A DNA stretch of 64,000 nt from Syntrophales bacterium (GTDB lineage: Bacteria; Desulfobacterota; Syntrophia; Syntrophales; PHBD01), in the NCBI GenBank assembly GCA_963668175.1, contig OY764159.1:4160001-4224000 (forward strand). Reading direction: 5' to 3'. Made by a program: the position numbers and the translations under genes. This document shows positions 20,821-30,614 of this stretch, piece after piece; positions within the stretch are counted from its first letter, which is position 1, and each line of letters begins with the position of its first letter. The notes under the pieces are model-generated. The model was not told the DNA's origin. It made no database searches and saw only the letters and a list, made by a program, of their open reading frames with translations.

Positions 20821-20926
20821 AGTTCAGCATCCTACCTTGAGCTTCCGATAAAGACAACTGAATTTAAACCAGCCGACATCGGCGATATCTTCGATATCCG
20901 CTGACAGGAAAATCTTCGCCAAACGG

Positions 20927-22480
20927 TCATTCGGGATGGATGTCCGGGACCTCGGCTTCGTCGTGACGGACATGGACCATGAAATAGATGAACGGCAGCA
21001 TGCACAGGATCATGACGGCCAGAAAATAGAATACATCGTTGAAGGACATCATGGATGCCTGTTTCAACAGCTGTTCGTAAATGATCCCCAGTCCGCCGGT
21101 AGGCGCGGTTGCCGGGTCCATTCCTTGAAGCTGCAGAGACTTCGACGCCTGTTGGGAAAACCACTGATAGTTGAAATCGAACGGTGTCAGGTGATCGACC
21201 ATCCTGGCCTGGTGAAATTGCGCCTTCCTGGCCAGCATGGTGGAGACGAAGGCCACCCCCAGGCTTCCGCCCAGGTTTCTCACCAGATTGTAGATCGATG
21301 TGGCATTGCCCATCTCTTCCTTGCTGATTCGGGAGAGCGTCAAGGTGGTCAGGGGAATGAATACGGTCCCGATGCCGATGCTCATGACGACGCGGGGCCA
21401 TATAATGGTATTAAAATCCGCGGTGAGGTTGAAGCGGGACATGAGCCAGCTTGCATAAGCCGTGATGACGATACCGATGCCGGTGATGATTCTGGGATTG
21501 ATGCGGGTGATCAGCCTGCCGACGATCGGCATGGTTACGAGTACGGCGATACCGCCGGGCCCGAGGATCATGCCGGCGAGGCTGGCCGTATATCCCATCA
21601 GGGTCTGCAGATAGATGGGCAACAGCACAATGCTGCCGAAAAGATTGATCATGACGAAGAAAATAACGACATTGCCCAGGCAGAACGAATAATTCTTCAG
21701 TGCCCGGAGTTCGACAATGGGGTTTTCGGCCTTCAACTCGGCAATGATGAACAGGACAAGCGTGGCGACCGCCACGATGAGAAGAATCGTGATGAAATTC
21801 GAGGCGAACCAATCTTCGCGCTGTCCCCTGTCCAGGGCCATTTGCAGGCAGGCCACCCAGACGCTGAGCAAGACCAGGCCCGAATAGTCGATCGCGGCCG
21901 CCGCCCTTTTCATGTAAGGCGGATCGGTGATAAAGAGCATCGACATGACCACGGATATCGCGCCGATAGGGATGTTGATATAGAATATCCAGTGCCAGGA
22001 CCAGTTGTCCGTGATCCATCCCCCCAGAAGAGGTCCGATGATGGGTCCGAACATGATGCCTATCCCGTATATGGCCATGGCCATACCATGCTGGGCCGGG
22101 GGAAAGGTTTCCAGGAGAATGGACTGGGAAATGGGCTGCAGGGAACCTCCGGCCAATCCCTGGAATATCCTGAAGACGATCAGGCTTTGAATATTCCAGG
22201 CCAGGCCGCAAAGGAGGGAACTCAGGGTAAACAGGCCGACGGAAAAGAGGAGGAACCGCCTTCTGCCGAAAAACCGGCTCAACCACCCCGTCATCGGGAC
22301 GATCACGGCATTGGCTGCGAGATACGAGGTGATGGACCACGTGGCCTCGTCGATTCCGGCGGACAGACTGCCGCGGATGTGGTCGAGGGAAACGTTGACG
22401 ACCGACGTATCGATAATCACCATGAGGGTGGGAAGCATCACGGTGACGGCGACGATCCATTTGTTGACAATTGCGGCCAT
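20927..22480 (-). CDS. emrB: DHA2-family MFS efflux permease (EmrB/QacA)
   Basis: DTSVVNVSL, WSITSYL, GPLLGGWITDNWSWHWIFYINIP, RNLGGS. Confidence 0.9.
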   Translation of the reverse strand: MAAIVNKWIVAVTVMLPTLMVIIDTSVVNVSLDHIRGSLSAGIDEATWSITSYLAANAVIVPMTGWLSRFFGRRRFLLFSVGLFTLSSLLCGLAWNIQSLIVFRIFQGLAGGSLQPISQSILLETFPPAQHGMAMAIYGIGIMFGPIIGPLLGGWITDNWSWHWIFYINIPIGAISVVMSMLFITDPPYMKRAAAAIDYSGLVLLSVWVACLQMALDRGQREDWFASNFITILLIVAVATLVLFIIAELKAENPIVELRALKNYSFCLGNVVIFFVMINLFGSIVLLPIYLQTLMGYTASLAGMILGPGGIAVLVTMPIVGRLITRINPRIITGIGIVITAYASWLMSRFNLTADFNTIIWPRVVMSIGIGTVFIPLTTLTLSRISKEEMGNATSIYNLVRNLGGSLGVAFVSTMLARKAQFHQARMVDHLTPFDFNYQWFSQQASKSLQLQGMDPATAPTGGLGIIYEQLLKQASMMSFNDVFYFLAVMILCMLPFIYFMVHVRHDEAEVPDIHPE

Positions 22481-22577
22481 ACGATGCATGAAAAGCCGGC
22501 CGAAAGATGCCGGCGGTCAGGAGAAACGACGATAAAGTCAAGCGGAAGGCTCCGCAGGCACTGATACAACCTGACGA

Positions 22578-23672
22578 TCAATCCCCGACGAGAATGGTCG
22601 GCTCCACGGACATGCCGACCCTCAGGACGTGATTGGGATCGCTCCCCTTGTCTAAAACGATTTTGACCGGGACCCTTTGCACGATCTTTACGTAATTGCC
22701 CGTGGCATTCTCCGGGGGAAAAAGAGAGAAAACCGACCCCGTTCCGGCCATGATGCTCTCAACCCTTCCCGAAAAGGTTTTACCGCCGTACGAATCGACT
22801 TCAATACGCACTTTCTGCCCTGCTTTAACCTTGGCCAATTGGGTCTCTTTGTAATTGGCAACGATCCAGACATCATCGAGAGGAACGATGGCCAGGAGGG
22901 GTTGCCCGGCCTGGATTTGATTGCCGATCTCGATGGATTTCTTCGTGACGAAACCGTCCGCCGGGGCATAGATCCGGGTATAACTCTTCTTCAAGGCTTC
23001 GGCATTGAGCATTTCCTGCCTCTGTTTGACATTGGCTCCCTGGGACTTGAGCGCCGCTTCGGTCTGCTTGATCATAGCTTCCTGCGTCAGCAGGGAGGCA
23101 TCGGCTTGTTTCAGTTGTTCGCGAGCGGCGTCCACCTGGGCCATCGCCGTATCATACGCAGTCTTGGCCCTGTCATAGCGGTCGGCCGGGACAATTTCCT
23201 TTTTGAACAGCGCGTCCGCGCGTTTGAGGTCCAACTCCGCCTGCCTCAACTGGACTTCCTGCAGCTTAAGATTGGCTTTAGCGCTCTCTTCGCGATGTTG
23301 GGCCTCCGTGAACTGCCTTTTGGCGACGTCCACCTTCTGCGTCAGTTCCGAAAATTTTGCCTGCTCGCTCCCCACGGAAGATTCGACCTCCCTGACGCGC
23401 ACGTCATAGTCCTTTTCATCGATTTCCAGCAGGAGTTCGTCTTTCTTGACGTATTGATTGTCCGTCACCAGGAGGTTCTTGACCGTTCCGGGAACCTTGG
23501 AGGCAATGACATGAATGCGTCCGGCAACGAAGGCATCGTCGGTCGCAATATGGGTGCTTTTATAGAAGATATAGTAATAGGTGCCGGCTGCCGCCGCAAC
23601 GACAGCCAGGACCAGCAGGAACAGGAAGAGTTTCCTTCGACGGTTGTTTACAATTTCACCGGCAGATGCCAT
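22578..23672 (-). CDS. emrA: HlyD/EmrA-family membrane fusion protein
   Basis: TDDAFV, ANYKETQL, FPPENATGNYVKIVQRVPV. Confidence 0.92.
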   Translation of the reverse strand: MASAGEIVNNRRRKLFLFLLVLAVVAAAAGTYYYIFYKSTHIATDDAFVAGRIHVIASKVPGTVKNLLVTDNQYVKKDELLLEIDEKDYDVRVREVESSVGSEQAKFSELTQKVDVAKRQFTEAQHREESAKANLKLQEVQLRQAELDLKRADALFKKEIVPADRYDRAKTAYDTAMAQVDAAREQLKQADASLLTQEAMIKQTEAALKSQGANVKQRQEMLNAEALKKSYTRIYAPADGFVTKKSIEIGNQIQAGQPLLAIVPLDDVWIVANYKETQLAKVKAGQKVRIEVDSYGGKTFSGRVESIMAGTGSVFSLFPPENATGNYVKIVQRVPVKIVLDKGSDPNHVLRVGMSVEPTILVGD

Positions 23673-23865
23673 TATAAAGGACCTCCGAGGATTCGTTTCT
23701 GATGCAAATAATAGAGATGTTGATTTTAAAAAAGTGTAAGGGGCGCAGTTTAAAGAAACGACGCCAAGAAAGCAAGAGAAGATTTCACCCGAAGATTGAA
23801 TTCACCATCAATCCGTAGTATAGGGCTTCAGACTGCCCTCATTCATACAAAGGTTCAATACGACT

Positions 23866-25017
23866 ATGGAAGCCATCTACCTCGATCACAGCGCCACGAC
23901 CCCCATCGATCCGGAAGTCCTGGCAGCCATGATGCCCTGCTTCGCCTTCAGATTCGGCAACCCGTCCAGCATCCACAACCTGGGCATCCAGGCCAGGGAA
24001 GCCGTCATCGAAGCGAGGCGCAGAACTGCCAGCCTGATAGGCGCAGATCCTTCAGAAATCGTCTTCACCGCCGGGGGCACGGAGGCGGACAATCTGGCCC
24101 TCCTGGGGCTGGCAGCCAAACAGACTGTGAAAGACCATATTGTCACGTCATCCATAGAACACCCTGCCGTCATGGAAACCTGCCGCTATCTGGAAGGCAA
24201 GGGTTTCCGGGTTACCTACCTTCCGGTCGACACGAGCGGCCGGATCGATCCCGACGAGGCCATACGCGCCATGGACGACAGGACTTTTCTCGTAAGCGTC
24301 ATGCATGCGAACAACGAAACCGGAACGCTGGCGTCACTTGCGGAAATCGGCGCGGCTGCGAAGGCCAGAGGCATCTGTATGCATACGGACGCCCTTCAGA
24401 CGGTGGGTAAGATGCCCGTCGACGTCAACAGCCTCCGGGTCGACATGCTGTCCCTTTCCGGCCATAAATTCCACGGTCCGAAAGGCGTGGGAGCCCTCTA
24501 TATCAGGGAGGGCATTGAACTCACCCCCCTGACATTCGGCGGCCACCAGGAACGGGGGCTAAGATCGGGAACAGAAAATGTCCCCGGTATCGTCGGTCTC
24601 GGCAAAGCCTGCCAAATAGCCGAACGGGACATGGATTTCCTCACGATCCATCTCAAGGAGCTTCGGGACGGCCTCGAATCCTTAATCGTCGAAGGTTTCC
24701 CCGATGCCCGCGTCAACGGGCATCCTGTCATGCGGGTGCCCCATATCCTGAGCGTCTCTTTTCCGGGAATATCGGGCGATGCCATCGTCAGAGAGATGAG
24801 CAGACGGGACGTCTTCCTGTCTGCCGGGTCAGCCTGCATGTCGGATTCGGCGTCGCTATCGCCCGTGCTCGGGGCCATGCGCCTGCCTTCCGAATGGGCC
24901 AGGGGAACTGTGCGGTTCAGCATCGGCAAAACAAACAACGAAGACGAGATCATGGAGACATTCGGAATCCTGAAGGACGTCATCTCCCGGCTTCGGCAAG
25001 AAACCCGTATCCACTGA
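23866..25017 (+). CDS. Cysteine desulfurase (IscS/NifS family)
   Basis: YLDHSATT, GNPSS, ANNETG, SGHKFHGPKG, SAGSAC. Confidence 0.93.
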   Translation: MEAIYLDHSATTPIDPEVLAAMMPCFAFRFGNPSSIHNLGIQAREAVIEARRRTASLIGADPSEIVFTAGGTEADNLALLGLAAKQTVKDHIVTSSIEHPAVMETCRYLEGKGFRVTYLPVDTSGRIDPDEAIRAMDDRTFLVSVMHANNETGTLASLAEIGAAAKARGICMHTDALQTVGKMPVDVNSLRVDMLSLSGHKFHGPKGVGALYIREGIELTPLTFGGHQERGLRSGTENVPGIVGLGKACQIAERDMDFLTIHLKELRDGLESLIVEGFPDARVNGHPVMRVPHILSVSFPGISGDAIVREMSRRDVFLSAGSACMSDSASLSPVLGAMRLPSEWARGTVRFSIGKTNNEDEIMETFGILKDVISRLRQETRIH

Positions 25018-25045
25018 ACCGATGCCATGACGGTCCGATAAACGG

Positions 25046-26026
25046 TCAGCGGATGATCATCCGGGAAGCCTCTTCCCTCGTACAAGCCTTCACCAGACAG
25101 ACAGACGTGTCATCTCCAAAGGTGCAGACAGCCGAAACCTCCTGATCGTTCGGGGCATCGCTGTACAAGGCGCACAAGGACGCCGCCCACGATGACGCTT
25201 CCCCGCTGCATCCGTAGGGAACGATGACGAGCGGACCTGGAAAATCGGCCATATGAATCAGCATATCGCCTCGATTGGCCAAGCGCCGGATAACGTCATT
25301 TTCGGCCCGGTTTCTGCCGACGATTACTTTTTTGTTTTCCGCAATCCGGAAGTGTCTGCCGACTTTGAGAAGTTCGATGTCCCGAATCCGATCGTTTTTT
25401 TCAACCAGGAAGAGGTCCTTGAGGCGCTTGGAAAACTCGGGATCGGTCAGAAGACATCCGCCGGCGGGGGTTTCATAGCGTGTGATTCCGTAATGCACGG
25501 CCATCGCCATCTGTTCTTTCCTGCCCCTCCCCTGTAAAGATAAGAGCCTCTGGCGATCGACCATACCTTCTCTCTCAGGTTTCGTTTCCGGCAAAAGCTT
25601 GGCGCTGAGCGGCCTCACAACGTACTCCTGATAGCCCGACATCTTGGCCACGATGTGGAGGGATTGTTTTCCCTGCGACATCGGCCGCTGGCCGAGCACT
25701 TCACCGGTGAAGATAAAGGAAGCCTTCATCTCTTCCATGAGTTCACCCGCGTGTTTGAGCATCAGCGCATGGCAGTCGATACAGGGATTCATGTTTCTCC
25801 CGTAGCCGTACCTCGGTGCTTTGAGCATTGCCAAGTGCCGGTCGGTGATATCCAGAACGGTAAGAGGCAGTCCGATCATGTCGGCCGCCATCCGGGCCTT
25901 TTCAGAACTAAAAAAGGGGGTCTCAAAGGTGACCCCCTGGACATGAATGTCTTGAACCATGACGAGTTTGACGGCCAATACGCTATCCAACCCGCCCGAA
26001 AATAATGCAACGGAACTTACTTTCAA
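25046..26026 (-). CDS. PP-loop tRNA thiolation-type enzyme (ThiI/MnmA-like)
   Basis: SGGLDS, NPCIDC, GEVLGQRPMSQ, PAGGCLLT; probable TTG start overlapping the upstream stop. Confidence 0.8.
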   Translation of the reverse strand: MKVSSVALFSGGLDSVLAVKLVMVQDIHVQGVTFETPFFSSEKARMAADMIGLPLTVLDITDRHLAMLKAPRYGYGRNMNPCIDCHALMLKHAGELMEEMKASFIFTGEVLGQRPMSQGKQSLHIVAKMSGYQEYVVRPLSAKLLPETKPEREGMVDRQRLLSLQGRGRKEQMAMAVHYGITRYETPAGGCLLTDPEFSKRLKDLFLVEKNDRIRDIELLKVGRHFRIAENKKVIVGRNRAENDVIRRLANRGDMLIHMADFPGPLVIVPYGCSGEASSWAASLCALYSDAPNDQEVSAVCTFGDDTSVCLVKACTREEASRMIIR

Positions 26027-28383
26027 AACTTGATGATATTTACCCCCCATCGTTCATGCAGAAGACCGTATATATCCGAGTCCACGCTATAATCGACGAG
26101 ATACATCGAACCGCCCGGCGTTGAAACCTGGAAGGCGGGCAGGTTGATTGTGGCTCTCGGCGTACTGCTGTTTTCAGGAACCAGGAAAAGATGGGGACTG
26201 AAGGCCGCATTGAGGTTCAAGGCCCTCAATATCTTTCCGATTAAATCCCTTTTAGCGTCTCCCTGGTTGATATAAACTATTTCCGTTCCCTTTTCCCGAA
26301 GCATGGCGACAAACTGCTGGGGAAGTTTCTTCGACTGAAAAATGATCTTCCTTTCGACAGGCGAAGGACCGGGGCCTTCTGTTTTTGGAGGCTTTGGAGA
26401 TTCCGCCTTCTGTGGCGCGGCCGTGTTCTCCACGGAGCGTTTCAGTCGCGGGGCATAGACATAACCGAGGGCTTTCTTCTCATCGCGGTTCTTTTCATCG
26501 AGGGCGAAGACGGCGTACCAGTCATTGTCAAGAAAGTCCGTCTTGATCTGCTGGCCGGCTTCAAGCCGTCCCTTGAGTCCGGAAGAAAGGGAGCGTCTGG
26601 CCCGGATATTGGTCCTGGCCTCTGCCGTCATCATCTGACCCCAGTCTTTTTCCTTCTCCTGTTCCATGCTTTCCGATTTCTTCTCCGCTGGCGTGTCCTT
26701 TGATTCCGCAGGCGGCACGGTCGGCAACTCGCTGTTTTCTTTGATCGACACAGCCGTGAGACGGGGGGCATAAACATAGCCCAGAGACCGGCCCAAATCG
26801 CGGACCGTTTCATCCGCTTTGAAGACGGCGTACCAGTTATTTTCAAGAAAATCGCCCTTGACCTTCTGTCCTGCTTCCAGTTGCCCTTTGAGCCTGGCAT
26901 TGAGCGCCCGGCTCGCGCGAATGTTCGTTTTGGCCGGCGCCGTCAGGAGCACGCCCCATTTTTTATCTGCAGGAGCGGTCGTTTCCGGCTGACGAACCGT
27001 TGTCCTGGCCGGTACAGCCGCCGCAGGTATATAGGACAGATAATCGGCCTTGACGGCCAGGTTGAAACCATTGCTGGAAGTGTCGAATATCCTGATTTCT
27101 GCGTCTTTCTCGACTTTGTAACCCAAGGTGGTCAGCAGTACGTCCACGACTTCCCCATCGTTAGACGCGTTGAGCACGGTCATCGGCGCGGAGGCGGATT
27201 TTTCAGCGGATTTTTCGTCAGCGGCATCGGAAATGATGACATCATGATCCACATCCGTAATGGAAAGACCGTTTCTTTCGGCAAAGGTCAAAACCGCTTT
27301 CGGCAAGGCCAGGCTTTTATCCGTAAGAAGCGTGAAGGCCTGCCGGTAGGGTTTGTCGTCGGCCTGTTTCTTCGATATGATCCAATCCACGGAGACGGAA
27401 ACGGCAAGATCCTTTCCCAGAACAGACGGCCTTACCTGCCTTGTCATAATATAAGCCCGGGAGGCGTTGATGGCCTTACTCAGAATCGAAGCGCTGTCAT
27501 CCGAGCTTCCGACTTTAACCATGGCGATATTACCCCATTTCGATTCGATGGCTTTTTTCAGCGTGTCATTCATGCGTTTTGTGAAATCGAGCATGACCGT
27601 GCTCCCGTCATCGAATTCAACCACGGGTATCATGGAACAATCGATTGTCGCCTGTCCCATGTCGGGAATAGGGATATAGTAAAAACCGGTGGTGGTAAGC
27701 GTACCGTTCATCCGGGCAAGCACTTCCCTGATGACATCGAGGCGGCTTTCGGAGGGCAGAATCGCCTTTTCCGAAGACTGTTCCAACTGTATCGCAGCCG
27801 TTTTCTTCTCCTCGTCAAGGCGGTCGTAGTCTTCGGGAGTTACTAATTTGCCGCCTTCGGGCAGTTTCAACATTTGTCCGGGATAGATCCGGTTGACATT
27901 CGTGATCCCCGGGTTCAACTGTTTGACCACTTTGAGCGTCTTGGCCGCCGTGGCCCCTTTGACGCCGAACTTACGATGAATAATACCGAAAAGCGTATCA
28001 CCTTTCTTGGTCTTGTACGCGCTCGGATCAGCAGGCTGATCCTCTGCCGTTTCCACATCGGTGCTTGCGGGGAGAACCAGGACCTGGCCGGGATATATCC
28101 TGTCCTTGTCTTTCAGCTTCGGATTGAGACTACGGAGGGTTTTGTACAGCGCTTTTTCTTTCGCCGGAGACAAGGCCCCAAATTGCTGGGAGACAATCTT
28201 GGAAAGTAAATCACCCGGCTTGACGACGTATTGCGTTGCGTCCTGGGGCACAGAAGCCGTCTTCTTAAAAAGGAGATGGGCCGTACTTTCATCGGCCGAG
28301 GCGACAGGCAGAGAGAGGGTGAACAGAAGACACCATGACAGAAACGGTAAAATGACAGACCGACAGCCTGCTCGCATAACCAT
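26023..28383 (-). CDS. Secreted LysM-domain protein with two SH3b-like repeats
   Basis: Signal peptide; two LysM domains (YVVKPGDLLSKI...IYPGQVL; YKTKKGDTLFGI...IYPGQML); duplicated 67-aa unit; start codon uncertain. Confidence 0.8.
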   Translation of the reverse strand: MVMRAGCRSVILPFLSWCLLFTLSLPVASADESTAHLLFKKTASVPQDATQYVVKPGDLLSKIVSQQFGALSPAKEKALYKTLRSLNPKLKDKDRIYPGQVLVLPASTDVETAEDQPADPSAYKTKKGDTLFGIIHRKFGVKGATAAKTLKVVKQLNPGITNVNRIYPGQMLKLPEGGKLVTPEDYDRLDEEKKTAAIQLEQSSEKAILPSESRLDVIREVLARMNGTLTTTGFYYIPIPDMGQATIDCSMIPVVEFDDGSTVMLDFTKRMNDTLKKAIESKWGNIAMVKVGSSDDSASILSKAINASRAYIMTRQVRPSVLGKDLAVSVSVDWIISKKQADDKPYRQAFTLLTDKSLALPKAVLTFAERNGLSITDVDHDVIISDAADEKSAEKSASAPMTVLNASNDGEVVDVLLTTLGYKVEKDAEIRIFDTSSNGFNLAVKADYLSYIPAAAVPARTTVRQPETTAPADKKWGVLLTAPAKTNIRASRALNARLKGQLEAGQKVKGDFLENNWYAVFKADETVRDLGRSLGYVYAPRLTAVSIKENSELPTVPPAESKDTPAEKKSESMEQEKEKDWGQMMTAEARTNIRARRSLSSGLKGRLEAGQQIKTDFLDNDWYAVFALDEKNRDEKKALGYVYAPRLKRSVENTAAPQKAESPKPPKTEGPGPSPVERKIIFQSKKLPQQFVAMLREKGTEIVYINQGDAKRDLIGKILRALNLNAAFSPHLFLVPENSSTPRATINLPAFQVSTPGGSMYLVDYSVDSDIYGLLHERWGVNIIKF

Positions 28384-28615
28384 GTTGTGCCTTTGATATC
28401 CTCGATTTCCCATCAATGAAAAAATATTAGGCGACATGTGGATGATTCTATACAGAATCCGGCATGAAATGTCAACTCCTTCATTTCATTGTTTTTACTC
28501 CCTCAAGACATCTTCTTGGATGTGCCCAGATGAAGACGGTCGGTGATGATGACGCTGCAAGACTCCGCCTCTGCGGGTACAACTCTATCATTCGGCACGC
28601 AAACAGCGTCAGGAG

Positions 28616-28650
28616 AAAAAGAAAACCACGGTCAAAAGACCGTGGCTTTC
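28616..28650 (-). terminator. Intrinsic terminator after the acyl-CoA dehydrogenase gene
   Basis: CCACGGTC-aaaa-GACCGTGG stem with an A-tract on its left. Confidence 0.8.
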
Positions 28651-28678
28651 TGCAAGGCTATAGGTTGTATAATCGTTA

Positions 28679-29875
28679 TTATTTGCCGCTCTTGAAATCG
28701 TCTCTCATCAATTCGCGGGCGATGATCATTCTGCGGATTTCGGACGTACCGGCACCGATTTCCCACAGTTTCTGATCCAGGAAGTGCCTCGTGACGCCGT
28801 ATTCCGTGCAGTAACCGTAACCGCCGTGGATCTGGATGGCATCGAGACCGATCTTGGTTCCCATCTCGCCGCAGTAGAGCAGAGAAGCGGCCGCCATACG
28901 GTCGAGGTCCGTGCCCTTGCCGCCCGACTTGTTCGTCAGGGAGTCGCAATAGGACGCCGCGCTGTAGGCCAGCCACTTGGAGGCCAGGTAACCGGTATAC
29001 ATATTGGCCAGTTTTTCCTGGATGGTCTGGAAGGAGGCGATGGGCTTGCCGAACTGGACTCTTTCCTTCGCATAGCGGAGGCTCAGCTCGAGGCAGGATC
29101 TCTGGCTGCCCAGCGTACAACCGGACAGTGTGATTCTCTCGGTGCACAGACCGCTCGTCAGAACGGCGACACCCTTGTTGAGACCACCGATCAGGTTCTC
29201 TTCGGGAAGTTCCATGTCTTCAAATGTGATCAGGGCCGTGGGGGAGGTTCTCATGCCCCATTTCTTCAGTTTCTCGTAGCTGAAGCCCTTGCCCTTGTAT
29301 TTGTCGATTTCGAACATGAACGTCGAGATACCCTTGGGGCCGGCGGCGGGATCGGTCTTCGCGTAGAAAACCATGAACTGCGCAACGGGACCGTTGGTGA
29401 TGAAAATCTTGCTGCCGTTGATGATGTATTTGTCGCCTTTTTTCTCGGCTTTCGTAGCCATGCTCATCGCGTCCGAACCGGCATTGGGCTCGGTGATGCC
29501 GAGGCAACCGATCCATTCACCGGAGCAGGCCTTGGGCAGAACGTACGCCTTCTGGGCTTCGGTTGCGTTTCTGCGGAAGTTGTCGAAGCACAACGTCTGG
29601 CTGGCACCGACCGTCATCGAGAGGGCATTGCTGACCCGCGCGATCGTCTCATAAACCAGGAGTGTCTCGACGTAACCCATTGCGGTTCCGCCATACTTTT
29701 CCTCGAAGACAATACCGTTGACGCCCAGGTTTGCCAGTTCCTTAAAGAGTGTCGGCGGCATTTCGTCCACTTCATACAGGTGCTCCATCTGGGGCTCCAG
29801 CCAGTTTACGGCCCACTTGTAAACGCTGTCTTCAAGCATCTTTTGTTCTTCTGTTAAATTGAAATCTAACGCCAT
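28679..29875 (-). CDS. Acyl-CoA dehydrogenase (isovaleryl/short-chain-like)
   Basis: ITEPNAGSD, NGSKIFITNG, RVQFGKPI, QIHGGYGY, EIGAGTSEI. Confidence 0.93.
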   Translation of the reverse strand: MALDFNLTEEQKMLEDSVYKWAVNWLEPQMEHLYEVDEMPPTLFKELANLGVNGIVFEEKYGGTAMGYVETLLVYETIARVSNALSMTVGASQTLCFDNFRRNATEAQKAYVLPKACSGEWIGCLGITEPNAGSDAMSMATKAEKKGDKYIINGSKIFITNGPVAQFMVFYAKTDPAAGPKGISTFMFEIDKYKGKGFSYEKLKKWGMRTSPTALITFEDMELPEENLIGGLNKGVAVLTSGLCTERITLSGCTLGSQRSCLELSLRYAKERVQFGKPIASFQTIQEKLANMYTGYLASKWLAYSAASYCDSLTNKSGGKGTDLDRMAAASLLYCGEMGTKIGLDAIQIHGGYGYCTEYGVTRHFLDQKLWEIGAGTSEIRRMIIARELMRDDFKSGK

Positions 29876-30017
29876 AACCTAATACCTCCCTTTAAAATAA
29901 GTTTATTTTCCCAGCTGCAAAGACATGAGAAAGTTGACCTGGGACCATCGGTGCAAGCCATTATTCTTCAATCATGCAAATCGCAGACTGGTGTCTTTTC
30001 GGTAATTAAGTTGTGAT

Positions 30018-30165
30018 ATCAATTTGTTTTGGGTAACTTGAAACGCCGGGAACACCACCACGGTTCCTTACGGACAATCAATGCAACTCAATCTGTAACA
30101 TCAATTTGCTTGGACAGCGTGAAGCACCAGGAACACCACCACGGTTCCATGCGGATAATCGACAC
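30018..30165 (-). repeat. Two diverged tandem repeats of about 81 bp in the acyl-CoA dehydrogenase leader
   Basis: ATCAATTTG at 30018 and 30100; identical core GGAACACCACCACGGTTCC in both copies. Confidence 0.85.
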
Positions 30166-30346
30166 GATGTTGCGGGATCCGTAAAACGATCCTTTTTGCA
30201 AAACACGTTATTCTACAAGATCGTCATATTTGCAAGAATAATCTTCAAAAAAACGTCATTTTTATTTCTGTTCGGTTATATATACTTCCCGCCTCATCGA
30301 TAAGCCACTTAACAGGACGGAATTTTTTACATTTTCATTTTTACGG

Positions 30347-30532
30347 CTAGCTTGTCCAGCCGAACTTACCCCATTTTGCCATGATCAGCATGACGCCGAT
30401 GACCCAAATGATAAAGGCCCACAGACGATATTTGTGCATCCGCCGTCTCTTCTTTTCGTAGAGAGCCGCCACGTTGCCCTTATCGACGGCTATTTTTACG
30501 GGTCCAGATTGGTCGTGTTTTCGTTTTGGCAT
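30347..30532 (-). CDS. Small basic membrane protein of unknown function
   Basis: About 61 aa; basic N-terminus and one TM (LWAFIIWVIGVMLIM). Confidence 0.55.
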   Translation of the reverse strand: MPKRKHDQSGPVKIAVDKGNVAALYEKKRRRMHKYRLWAFIIWVIGVMLIMAKWGKFGWTS

Positions 30533-30568
30533 ATCAGACATTCCATCCTGCGCAGAGATAATATGTTT

Positions 30569-30598
30569 GAAAAACCCGGGGCGAGCCCCGGGCTTTTC
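30569..30598 (-). terminator. Intrinsic (possibly bidirectional) terminator
   Basis: AAAAACCCGGGGC-GA-GCCCCGGGCTTTT. Confidence 0.8.
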
Positions 30599-30614
30599 CA
30601 TACGTTGGAAATGT

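Noticed and set aside
23866..26026. Cysteine desulfurase beside a PP-loop protein as a DNA phosphorothioation (Dnd/Ssp) system
   Set aside because: The genes are convergent, the PP-loop protein has tRNA-thiolase-type motifs, and no dndD/E or ssp genes are present
30048..30148. Tandem Trp codons as a classical trp attenuator
   Set aside because: The downstream gene is not Trp-related and no terminator follows; kept only as an unexplained leader motif
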